Shown here in pieces: positions 20,347 through 28,865 of a stretch of DNA of 64,000 nucleotides. The DNA is from an uncultured Pelagibacteraceae bacterium (GTDB lineage: Bacteria > Pseudomonadota > Alphaproteobacteria > Pelagibacterales > Pelagibacteraceae). Numbering within the stretch: the first letter of the stretch is position 1; every line of letters starts with the position of its first letter. The stretch spans positions 7,175 to 71,174 of the forward strand of contig CACHHJ010000001.1 of assembly GCA_902579585.1 (NCBI GenBank), written 5' to 3'. The translations under genes were made by a program, and so were the position numbers. The notes under the pieces are model-generated. The model worked only from the letters and a program-made list of their open reading frames with translations. It was not told the DNA's origin and searched no databases.

Positions 20347-21396
20347 ATGTTTTCTTTACTAAGACCATTTATTTTTAATTTAGATCCTGAGACTGCACAT
20401 GATTTAGCAATTAAATCATTAAAATATAATGTGCTTCCCAAAAGCTTATTTGCTGTCGAAGATGAAGAAATTTTAAATACAAAACTATTTGGAAAAATTA
20501 TAGATAATCCAATTGGTTTAGCAGCAGGTTTTGATAAAAGTGCTGAAGTTTACAATGAAATTTTTAAAATTGGTTTTGGTTTTGTTGAGGTTGGAACAGT
20601 CACACCCAAAAAACAATACGGAAACCAAAAACCGAGAGTTTTTCGTTTGGAAAAAGATCAAGCACTTATTAATAGACTTGGCTTTAATAATGATGGTTCA
20701 GATGCTGTAAAAAAAAGAATTGAACACAACGTGCCTGATGGTTTATTAGGTATAAACATTGGCCCAAATAAAGATACAGACAATATGTATAATGATTTTT
20801 TATCATGTGCTAAAACTTTTTTTCCTATCGGAGACTATATTACAATAAATATCTCTTCTCCAAATACAGAGGGGTTAAGAAATTTCCATGAAAAAGAAAA
20901 TCTAGAAAAACTCCTAATAAAAATAAATGAAATTAGAAACGAAAGTAACTTTAAGAAATCTTTTTTGTTGAAAATTTCACCTGATCTTGACGAGTCCTCT
21001 ATTAATAATATTATTGATTTATCTTTAAAAAATAACATTAACGGAATAATATTAACAAATACTTCTGATAGAAATAGGGATAAATTAATAGATAATCAAA
21101 AAAAAGAGAAAGGTGGTCTATCAGGCCAGCCTATAAAAAATTTATCTACAAAGGTAATTCAAAAATTTTATAAAAAACTTAACGGAAAAATACCAATAAT
21201 TGGAGTTGGAGGAGTTGACTCGGGAGAAGCTGCTTTTGAAAAAATAGCCGCCGGAGCTTCTGCGATACAATTATACACCGGAATGATTTATAAAGGTCCT
21301 ATGATAGTAAAAGAGATAAAAAAAGTCTTGATAGCAAAGCTAAACGAAAAAGGCTTCAAAAATATAAGTGAAGCTGTAGGATCAAACTCTAATTAG
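20347..21396 (+). CDS. pyrD: dihydroorotate dehydrogenase (quinone), class 2
   Basis: GLAAGFDK, GFGFVEVGTVTP, NISSPNT, GGLSG and IGVGGV motifs. The ATG at 20347 follows the ORF-track TTG at 20344. Confidence 0.95.
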   Translation: MFSLLRPFIFNLDPETAHDLAIKSLKYNVLPKSLFAVEDEEILNTKLFGKIIDNPIGLAAGFDKSAEVYNEIFKIGFGFVEVGTVTPKKQYGNQKPRVFRLEKDQALINRLGFNNDGSDAVKKRIEHNVPDGLLGINIGPNKDTDNMYNDFLSCAKTFFPIGDYITINISSPNTEGLRNFHEKENLEKLLIKINEIRNESNFKKSFLLKISPDLDESSINNIIDLSLKNNINGIILTNTSDRNRDKLIDNQKKEKGGLSGQPIKNLSTKVIQKFYKKLNGKIPIIGVGGVDSGEAAFEKIAAGASAIQLYTGMIYKGPMIVKEIKKVLIAKLNEKGFKNISEAVGSNSN

Positions 21397-22495
21397 ATTT
21401 TTTAAAGAAATTATATTTTTTTTTATCAATATCGTATCTTATATAATCAACAAGCTCCCTTGCATAAGAAAAAACTATGCCAACAAAAATTACAATTAAT
21501 ATAGATAAAAATCCATATGAAACTGGGTAATTCTGTGAAAGACTTAAAACTATTTCTCCAAGTCTATTATCTATTTTTCCAACACTTTCAATTGCGAATA
21601 AACTTTTACCCTTTTCTAAAACAAATTGCTCAATACCCATGATTACTCCAACCCCAAGCAAAAGTATTGCTAATAGAGTTTTATATTCTGAGGCATTTAA
21701 TTTTTCTGAAGCTTTAAGCCCTAGATGCAAACCGAAAATTGAACCAGTTAGAAGTATACTTACAAGAATAAAATCTATGGTCTGAAATTGTAGGGCATGC
21801 GCTATAACTACAAAAGCTGTAATAAAAATCGTTACAAACAAAGATGTACCAGGAACTAATTTAGTGGGCATGCCAATAATATAAATCATTGCAGGTACCA
21901 TTAGAAAAGCACCACCAACACCCATTATAGAAGCAAATATTCCTACAAAAAACCCGAGCATAAAAGGAACTATTGCACTTTCATATAGTTTTGACTTGTG
22001 AAATCTTACTCTTAGTGGAAGTCCATGTATCCAATAGTGATTGTGAACTTTTTTTTTTAAAACAACTTTTTTTTTCAGCTCACTCAATTCTTTATAGCCT
22101 TTTGCAAACATTAAAGTTCCAATTATTACCAACATGTAAATATAAGCTAAAGATATAATAACGTTTACTATTCCTTTTTCTTTTAAATAACTGAAAATAA
22201 TCATCCCAACTATTGTTCCAAAAACCCCTCCAAATACAATTATCAATCCCATTTTATAATCAAGAGTTCTTCTGAACCAATGTGTCAAAGCACCAGAAAC
22301 CGATGTACCTAAAATGTTATTAGCTTCATTAGCTACAGCAAATGCAGGTGGTATACCCAAAAATATTAGTACTGGGGTCATCAAAAAACCTCCTCCAATA
22401 CCAAACAAGCCAGAAATAAACCCTATAATTAAACTTAAAATCAAAATTATTGAAATGCTAACTTGAACTTGTGCTACTGGAAGGAAAAATTCCAT
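21389..22495 (-). CDS. TauE/SafE-family anion exporter-like membrane protein
   Basis: 368 aa. Two repeated 4-TM halves (GIGGGFLMTP / GVGGAFLMVPA) joined by a basic linker, plus a C-terminal hydrophobic extension. Confidence 0.8.
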   Translation of the reverse strand: MEFFLPVAQVQVSISIILILSLIIGFISGLFGIGGGFLMTPVLIFLGIPPAFAVANEANNILGTSVSGALTHWFRRTLDYKMGLIIVFGGVFGTIVGMIIFSYLKEKGIVNVIISLAYIYMLVIIGTLMFAKGYKELSELKKKVVLKKKVHNHYWIHGLPLRVRFHKSKLYESAIVPFMLGFFVGIFASIMGVGGAFLMVPAMIYIIGMPTKLVPGTSLFVTIFITAFVVIAHALQFQTIDFILVSILLTGSIFGLHLGLKASEKLNASEYKTLLAILLLGVGVIMGIEQFVLEKGKSLFAIESVGKIDNRLGEIVLSLSQNYPVSYGFLSILIVIFVGIVFSYARELVDYIRYDIDKKKYNFFKKSN

Positions 22496-22518
22496 TCAAC
22501 TTACTATTATTTGACCAT

Positions 22519-22533
22519 ACTATTGTCAATAGT
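22519..22533. promoter_or_regulatory. perfect 7-1-7 palindrome ACTATTG-T-CAATAGT in a divergent spacer
   Basis: Read directly. The arms are exact reverse complements. It lies between the TauE-like gene (minus) and rpmB (plus). Confidence 0.3.
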
Positions 22534-22544
22534 CATATATTAGC

Positions 22545-22573
22545 TTGATTATATATCTTACAACAATTATATA
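22545..22573 (+). promoter_or_regulatory. possible sigma-70-type promoter for rpmB (TTGATT-17-TATATA)
   Basis: TTGATT at 22545-50, a 17-nt spacer, TATATA at 22568-73 and the ATG at 22588. AT-rich context, so weak support. Confidence 0.2.
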
Positions 22574-22587
22574 CCTATTTAATATTT

Positions 22588-22869
22588 ATGACTAGAAAAT
22601 GCGAACTTACAGGCAAGAAGCCTATCAAAGGCAATAATGTTAGCCACGCAAATAATAAAACTAAAAGAAGATTTTTGCCCAGTATTAAAAAAGTTAGTTT
22701 TAAAAGTGAAGCTTTAAAAAAAAACATAAAGTTTAATGTTTCTAATTCTGCATTAAGAACAGTTGATTTTAAAGGCGGAATCGACAAATTTCTTAGTTCG
22801 GCTAAGTCTTTTAGACTGTCTAAAAAAGCCAAGAAATTTAAGTCAGAAATAATTTCAAAGAATGCTTAA
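22588..22869 (+). CDS. rpmB: 50S ribosomal protein L28
   Basis: MTRKCELTGKKPIKGNNVSHANNKTKRRF... is a canonical L28 N-terminus. Confidence 0.93.
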   Translation: MTRKCELTGKKPIKGNNVSHANNKTKRRFLPSIKKVSFKSEALKKNIKFNVSNSALRTVDFKGGIDKFLSSAKSFRLSKKAKKFKSEIISKNA

Positions 22870-23461
22870 TTTAATCTCGTCAAATAATAAGCCATTAATT
22901 TTTTTGGCTTTTTTCATGGCACTTTTTGTAACTGCCTCAAACTTTTTAGTACAATATCCAATCAATTTCTTTGGTATGGAAGAATTTTTAACATATGGTG
23001 CTTTTACATACCCAGTAACATTTCTTGTCACAGATCTTTCTAATAGAAGATATGGGAAATTTGTTGCTCGTAAAATTGTTTACATGGGATTTTTTTTAGG
23101 AGTGTTATTAACTTTATTCTTTTCAACAAATTTTTCTGATCTTATTTCTATGAGAATTGCAATTGGATCCGGTACAGCTTTTTTATTTGCACAATTATTG
23201 GATGTTCAAATTTTTGATAAGCTAAGAAGTAAGATTTGGTTTGCTGCCCCATTTACATCATCATTAATTGGGTCTCTAGTTGATACATTTTTATTTTTTT
23301 CTATAGCATTCTACGGGACTGGTATTAATTGGATTACATTGGGAATAGGCGACTTTACAGTAAAAGTTCTTATGGCTTTGACAATGCTGATACCTTTCAG
23401 AATTTTAATGGTAAGCTTAAAAGACTTTTCAAAAGATTCTATCAAACCCTCATCTATTTAA
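22862..23461 (+). CDS. yhhQ: queuosine-precursor transporter family protein (YhhQ/DUF165)
   Basis: 199 aa, polytopic. TYPVTFLVTDLSNRRYG and QLLDVQIFDKLR motifs are typical of the family. Overlaps rpmB by 8 nt. Confidence 0.8.
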   Translation: MLNLISSNNKPLIFLAFFMALFVTASNFLVQYPINFFGMEEFLTYGAFTYPVTFLVTDLSNRRYGKFVARKIVYMGFFLGVLLTLFFSTNFSDLISMRIAIGSGTAFLFAQLLDVQIFDKLRSKIWFAAPFTSSLIGSLVDTFLFFSIAFYGTGINWITLGIGDFTVKVLMALTMLIPFRILMVSLKDFSKDSIKPSSI

Positions 23462-23466
23462 AGATT

Positions 23467-25233
23467 TTAATGAATAGTATTATCGGAAAAAAGATCAGTT
23501 AATTGATTTATCATAACGTCACCAAGATCTTGAACATCTGTAATTTTAACAGCCTTTTTATAATATCTAGTAACATCATGACCAATTCCAATAGCCAAAA
23601 GCTCTATGTCAGAAAATTTTTCAATAGCTTCCACTGTATTTTTTAAGTCGCTCTCTAAATAATCACTCATATTAGTTGAAAGCGTAGAGTCATCTACGGG
23701 AGCACCATCTGATATAACCATCAAAATTTTTCTTTCTTCTTTTCTTTTGTTCATTTTACTAAAAGCCCATCTCAATGCCTCACCATCAATATTTTCTTTA
23801 AGTAATCCTTCTTTTAACATTAAGCCCATATTTTTTTTTGATTGTCTCCAAGGAGTATCTGCAGATTTATAAATTATATGTCTCAAATCATTTAATCTTC
23901 CAGGAAATTTCGGTTTGTTATTGCTTGACCAAAGCTCTCTACTGGAACCACCTTTCCAATGCTTTGTTGTAAAACCTAATACTTCAACTTTAACTGAACA
24001 ACGTTCCAAAGTTTTTGAAAGTATATCCGCACAAACAGAAGCAACAGAAATTGGTTTACCTCTCATTGAGCCTGAATTATCTATTAAGATTGTAACCAAA
24101 GTGTCTTTAAAATCGGTTTCCTTTTCCTTTTTAAAAGATAAAGAATTAAATGGATCAATAATAACTCTTGTTAATTTTGATGTATCTAATGCACCTTCTT
24201 CTAAATCAAACTCCCATGAACGATTTTGTTTGGCTAACAATTTCCGTTGTAATTTATTTGCTAATCTAGAAATAAATGTTTTTAATTGAATAAGCTGTTG
24301 ATCTAATGAAGATCGCAGTCTTTGTAATTCTTCTTCTGTTTCTAAATCCTCAGCTTTTATAATTTCGTCAAATTCATGGGTATAAACTTTATATTTTTTA
24401 GAAGAACCGGAAAATATTTTTCTAATTTTCTTATTTTCTCCATCATCATATCCCTCAACCTCATCTACTTTTTCATCAGACACATCTTTTTCTGAAAGAT
24501 CATCTACTGTTGCGATATCCGCATCTATAGTTTGGCCTTCACTTTTTTGATCTTTTAATTTACTCTCGTTTTTCTCATTACTCTCATTATTCGCAGTCTC
24601 CTTATTATTTTCTTTTTCCTCAGTATCTTCAAAAATTTCTTTATCCTCAATATCCATGTCAGCTATAACACTTGAGATAATTTGATTGAATTTTTCTTGA
24701 TTAGCTATATTTTTTTTTAATTCATCTAAACTCTTGTTGAATTTTTCGTCAAATTTTTTCTTTAATTTTTTTGTCTTATTATCCAACTTTTTTAATTCTT
24801 TATTATTAAAAATATAATATCTTAAATATTTATCAAAAAAGTCTTCAATTAAATTTTTAGTACTTTTATTTTCATTGTTAAGGGACAGATTTTTCTTAAT
24901 TCCTTTAAATTTATCTGATCCAATTTTTTCATACCTTATTTTTTCAGCTATTTCGTATAACTTTAATGCTTTGTTACCCTTTGGTTTAAAATTATTAAAA
25001 GTCTCAATATTACTGTATTTTAACCTTAGAGCTTCAGAGTCGGCTGTGGCTCTAAAAAAAAAGTAATCTTTTAAGCTTTCTAATTTTTTAATTTCAGGCA
25101 AGTTAGCACTGTTATTGGTACTTTTTGCTTGATCTCCAAATATCACTTTGCAATCCTCAATTTCTGAAATTGATCTTACAGTCGATGTAATGGCTTCTTT
25201 AAAATTCTCTAAGTGTATATTTTTTTTTTCCAT
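23467..25233 (-). CDS. cobT: CobT-like vWA-domain protein
   Basis: C-terminal vWA domain with [14 protein letters not shown] and a central acidic low-complexity region. I prefer the ATG at 25233 ([11 protein letters not shown]...), 1 nt after the cobS stop. The ORF-track start at 25281 is TTG. Confidence 0.85.
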   Translation of the reverse strand: MEKKNIHLENFKEAITSTVRSISEIEDCKVIFGDQAKSTNNSANLPEIKKLESLKDYFFFRATADSEALRLKYSNIETFNNFKPKGNKALKLYEIAEKIRYEKIGSDKFKGIKKNLSLNNENKSTKNLIEDFFDKYLRYYIFNNKELKKLDNKTKKLKKKFDEKFNKSLDELKKNIANQEKFNQIISSVIADMDIEDKEIFEDTEEKENNKETANNESNEKNESKLKDQKSEGQTIDADIATVDDLSEKDVSDEKVDEVEGYDDGENKKIRKIFSGSSKKYKVYTHEFDEIIKAEDLETEEELQRLRSSLDQQLIQLKTFISRLANKLQRKLLAKQNRSWEFDLEEGALDTSKLTRVIIDPFNSLSFKKEKETDFKDTLVTILIDNSGSMRGKPISVASVCADILSKTLERCSVKVEVLGFTTKHWKGGSSRELWSSNNKPKFPGRLNDLRHIIYKSADTPWRQSKKNMGLMLKEGLLKENIDGEALRWAFSKMNKRKEERKILMVISDGAPVDDSTLSTNMSDYLESDLKNTVEAIEKFSDIELLAIGIGHDVTRYYKKAVKITDVQDLGDVMINQLTDLFSDNTIH

Positions 25234-25234
25234 T

Positions 25235-26215
25235 TTAAGATATTTTGACATTGACAGAAGACTCGGGAAGGTCTTCTCCAAAACATCTTTGATAATACTC
25301 TGAGATAATCTTTCTTTCTAATTCGTCACACTTATTTAAAAAAGTAACTCTAAATGCGTATCCAATATCTTTAAATATTTCTGAATTTTCAGCCCAATGA
25401 AGTACAGTTCTTGGGCTCATAACAGTAGATATATCACCATTTACAAAACCATTTCTGGTAAGTTCAGCAACCTTAATCATGTTGGACACTTTTTCTTTAC
25501 CAGATTTATTATTTAGAGACTTATTTTTAGATAAAATTATTTCTAATTCTTTTTCAAATTTTAAATAATTTAAAGTTGTAACTATGTTCCATCTATCCAT
25601 TTGTCCCTGGTTAATTTGTTGTGTGCCATGATATAGACCAGTCGTATCTCCAAGACCCACTGTATTCGTAGTAGCAAACATTCTAAAAAATTTATTTTGA
25701 CTTATTATTTTATTTTTATCTAAAAGAGTAAACTTTCCATCACTTTCTAAAATTCTTTGAATGACAAACATTACGTCAGGTCTTCCGGCATCATATTCAT
25801 CAAAAACAAGAGCAATTGGATTTTGTATTGACCATGGAAGAATTCCTTCTTTAAATTCAGTTATTTGCTTTCCATCTTTAATTACAATTGAGTCTTTTCC
25901 AATTAAATCTATTCGGCTAATATGACTATCAAGATTTATCCTTACACAAGGCCAATTCAGTCTGGCTGCAACTTGTTCTATATGGGTTGATTTTCCAGTA
26001 CCATGATAACCCTGCACAAGTACTCTTTTATTAAATGCAAAACCCGACAAAATTGCAAGAGTTGTATCTCTATCAAATTTGTAATCGTTATCGATTTCGG
26101 GCACGTACTTATTCTTTTTTGAAAAACCATCAACTTCCATTTCTGTATCTAGGTTAAAGGTTTGTCTTACAGAAATTTTAATGTCAGGCTTTTGGTTTTC
26201 TAAAGTTGTATTCAT
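25235..26215 (-). CDS. cobS: CobS-like AAA+ (MoxR-type) ATPase
   Basis: 326 aa with Walker [10 protein letters not shown] and Walker B LVFDEYD. Always-paired-with-cobT arrangement. Confidence 0.9.
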   Translation of the reverse strand: MNTTLENQKPDIKISVRQTFNLDTEMEVDGFSKKNKYVPEIDNDYKFDRDTTLAILSGFAFNKRVLVQGYHGTGKSTHIEQVAARLNWPCVRINLDSHISRIDLIGKDSIVIKDGKQITEFKEGILPWSIQNPIALVFDEYDAGRPDVMFVIQRILESDGKFTLLDKNKIISQNKFFRMFATTNTVGLGDTTGLYHGTQQINQGQMDRWNIVTTLNYLKFEKELEIILSKNKSLNNKSGKEKVSNMIKVAELTRNGFVNGDISTVMSPRTVLHWAENSEIFKDIGYAFRVTFLNKCDELERKIISEYYQRCFGEDLPESSVNVKIS

Positions 26216-26730
26216 TTTGCTTTGTTTACAGTATTCTTAAGTTGGCTATAAGCCAGTGTAATCTTTTTTAAAATATCCTCATATTTTTTACTCCCACGAT
26301 TTTTATCAGGATGATATTTCTTTACAAGTCCTTTAAATGTTTTTTGTATATCTGCCCAGTTTGCCTGATAATTAAGTCCTAAAATTTGTAATGCGTGACG
26401 ATCTTTCTCAGATAAATTTGATCTTTGAACATTATTATGATTTATTTTTCCAAATATATTAATTTTATCCTCTAAAGCATTATTCCACAAAACTTTAAAA
26501 AAATTATCTGGGGAAGCAAAACTTTTTGTAGGTTTATGCCATGTAAGATCAGATTTTATAAAATATTCTATCTGATCTTCGCTCATGTCTGAAAAATAAT
26601 TCCAATTTTTATTAAATATCTTTATATGTTCGAGGCAAAGATACCTAAATTTTCTACTATTATCTTTTTCTAAAGGAGCCTTGTAATTACCAATTTCTTT
26701 ACAATTTTCCCAATCACAAATATTTTTCAT
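26212..26730 (-). CDS. J-domain protein with N-terminal Cys/His cluster
   Basis: 172 aa. C-terminal J-domain with KKYHPDKN, and an N-terminal C-x4-C...C-x2-H pattern. ATGA overlap with cobS. Confidence 0.8.
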   Translation of the reverse strand: MKNICDWENCKEIGNYKAPLEKDNSRKFRYLCLEHIKIFNKNWNYFSDMSEDQIEYFIKSDLTWHKPTKSFASPDNFFKVLWNNALEDKINIFGKINHNNVQRSNLSEKDRHALQILGLNYQANWADIQKTFKGLVKKYHPDKNRGSKKYEDILKKITLAYSQLKNTVNKAK

Positions 26731-26764
26731 AAAATTTATGATAATATATTAATATATTTATTTA

Positions 26765-27016
26765 ATGAATACTTTTTTATTGATAATAAAAAAAAAATTA
26801 ATTGACGCATTAAAAGCTTCAAGCGTTGAGATAATCGATAATACATCGGAACACAAAAATCATAAATTTTTTCAGCAAGATAAGTTACATCTTAAAATAA
26901 TTATAAAATCTGAACATCTAAAATCTTTAAACAGAATAGACGCCCATAGAAAAGTTAAACAAATATTAAAAAATGAATTTAAAAAAATTCATGCTTTAGA
27001 ACTTAAAATTAATTAA
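26765..27016 (+). CDS. bolA: BolA-family protein
   Basis: 83 aa. ...VEIIDNTSEHKNH...RIDAHRKV...IHALELK pattern is typical of BolA. Confidence 0.8.
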   Translation: MNTFLLIIKKKLIDALKASSVEIIDNTSEHKNHKFFQQDKLHLKIIIKSEHLKSLNRIDAHRKVKQILKNEFKKIHALELKIN

Positions 27017-28136
27017 TTTTTTTTAAGAAATTACCTACTTTATCTACAGACATTTTGATTTTGCCTGGTGTAGTAGTTTTGCCTATTCGTTTTAAAAGTA
27101 TTAAACTTATTTTTTCATCATCATTTTTTTTATCATTAACCATAAGTTTAGAAATATTATTAATTTGTTTTTTCTTCAAATATTTATTTAGTTTTGAGGG
27201 CAGTTTATTTGAAACATAAATTTTTTCAATTTCTTCTAAGGTTTTTAAAGAGCAAATATTATTATAAAAAGAAAGTTTTGTTGCCAATAGCATTCCAATA
27301 AGTACCGCTTCTCCATGGTTAATTTTTTTGGAAAAGTTATTTGAAGATTCTATTCCATGCGCAAATGTATGCCCAAAATTTAAAATCATTCTTTTGTTGG
27401 ACTCTTTTTCATCTGCAATTACAAAATGAACCTTATTTCTTGAACTTCTTAAAACTAAATATTTTAAAATACTTAAGTTATTTCCTTTTAAAATTTGTTT
27501 TGAATTTTTTTTGATAAAATTAAAAAACTTTTGATCTTTTATAAGTGAGTACTTTAATATTTCTCCAAATCCACAAATAAATTCTCTTTTAGGAAGACTA
27601 TTTAAAAAAGATATATCTGATATTACTAGTTTAGGTTGATAGAACGAACCAATTAAATTTTTTCCATTTTTTGAATTAACACCAGTCTTGCCACCAATTG
27701 CTGAGTCAACTTGTGCCAACAATGTTGTAGGTACATTAATAAAGTTTATACCTCTCTTAAAAATACTTGCAACAAAACCAGAAAAATCTCCAATTATTCC
27801 ACCTCCAACAGCAATTACTAAATCATTTCTATTAAATTTATTTTTAATAAGATATTCGATTAAAATATTTACATTCGAAAAATTCTTTAATCTTTCACTT
27901 GGAGAATAGTCTTTTATAAATATTTTGTATTTTTTTAATAGTTTTTTAATTTTTGTTTTAAAAATATTAGGGACATTTTTGTCAAATATGACTGCAATTT
28001 TTTTTGTATTTGGGCACAGCTTATTAACTTGTTTCTTTAATAAACTTATTGACCCATTTCCAACCAAAATAGGGTAAGTAGTTTCTTTAGTTTTAACTAT
28101 GATTTTGTCTATCTTCATAAATTTGGAGTACTTCAT
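27009..28136 (-). CDS. aroB: 3-dehydroquinate synthase
   Basis: 375 aa with GGGIIGDFSGF, VPTTLLAQVDSAIGGKTGVN and LNFGHTFAHGIE. The start may instead be M7 at 28118. Overlaps aroK. Confidence 0.92.
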   Translation of the reverse strand: MKYSKFMKIDKIIVKTKETTYPILVGNGSISLLKKQVNKLCPNTKKIAVIFDKNVPNIFKTKIKKLLKKYKIFIKDYSPSERLKNFSNVNILIEYLIKNKFNRNDLVIAVGGGIIGDFSGFVASIFKRGINFINVPTTLLAQVDSAIGGKTGVNSKNGKNLIGSFYQPKLVISDISFLNSLPKREFICGFGEILKYSLIKDQKFFNFIKKNSKQILKGNNLSILKYLVLRSSRNKVHFVIADEKESNKRMILNFGHTFAHGIESSNNFSKKINHGEAVLIGMLLATKLSFYNNICSLKTLEEIEKIYVSNKLPSKLNKYLKKKQINNISKLMVNDKKNDDEKISLILLKRIGKTTTPGKIKMSVDKVGNFLKKIN

Positions 28137-28620
28137 TAATTATCTGTTCTTTATTTTTAGAACCACACTGAACTTTAAAATCAGCCAAAGAGTAAATTTT
28201 TTTCCTTAAATTGTAAATTTTAATTAATTCTTCTTCAGATGAATTTTTTAAAAGAGGTCTTTTTTTACTCTCTTTAACTCTTTTGTAAAGCATTTTAACA
28301 TCTAAATCTAACCAAACCGAAAATGAACTTTTTTTAATTTCATTTCTGATATTTTCATTGATAAATGCACCACCACCTAATGCTATTACTAAATTTGTTT
28401 TTTTCAAAATTTTTTTACTTTCTTTTTCCTCCTCTTCTCTAAAAGCTTTTTCTCCTTTATTTTCAAAGATCTCTGATATTGATAAACCAACTTTTTTTTC
28501 AATAATAGAATCAATATCCGCAAACCCCATATCGAGTCTTTGAGATAAGGATTTACCTATAGTAGTTTTTCCAGACCCCATCATTCCTGTTAATACCAGG
28601 TTTTTTTTCAATTTATTCAC
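28093..28620 (-). CDS. aroK: shikimate kinase (GTG start)
   Basis: 175 aa with P-loop LTGMMGSGKTTIG and ALGGGAF. The first codon is GTG and there is no usable upstream ATG. Confidence 0.9.
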   Translation of the reverse strand: MNKLKKNLVLTGMMGSGKTTIGKSLSQRLDMGFADIDSIIEKKVGLSISEIFENKGEKAFREEEEKESKKILKKTNLVIALGGGAFINENIRNEIKKSSFSVWLDLDVKMLYKRVKESKKRPLLKNSSEEELIKIYNLRKKIYSLADFKVQCGSKNKEQIINEVLQIYEDRQNHS

Positions 28621-28685
28621 AAAATTTCAATTTGATTTATCACAAATTTGTCTTAATTTTTAAGTTTAAATATATTCTATAAATT

Positions 28686-28865
28686 ATGCAACCGAGATTA
28701 CAACGATCAAAAGGCGACCTATCTTTTACTAAAATAGTTATAAGAATGATAGTAGTTCTTTTATTAATATTTTTTTCATTTTTCTTTATTGAAAAAATTA
28801 ATTTCCCATCACCAAAAAATGAAATTAACGAGGATGTTACTGACAAAATTATCAAACTTCGTTAG
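28686..28865 (+). CDS. 59-codon ORF encoding a putative bitopic membrane protein (hypothetical)
   Basis: MQPRLQRSKGDLSFTKIVIRMIVVLLLIFFSFFFIEKINFPSPKNEINEDVTDKIIKLR*. Basic N-terminus plus one TM helix. It is one codon below the ORF-track cut-off. AT-rich DNA makes hydrophobic runs by chance. Confidence 0.3.
   Translation: MQPRLQRSKGDLSFTKIVIRMIVVLLLIFFSFFFIEKINFPSPKNEINEDVTDKIIKLR

Noticed and set aside
25234-25281. ORF-track 5' extensions that use TTG/GTG or early ATG codons: cobT 25281, trkH 18746, LON-domain 53678, DegT 9543, rnpA 38679, secreted protein 28789, 39480.
   Set aside because: Each extension overlaps the preceding gene. A downstream ATG placed 0-8 nt after the neighbour's stop gives an N-terminus typical of the family.
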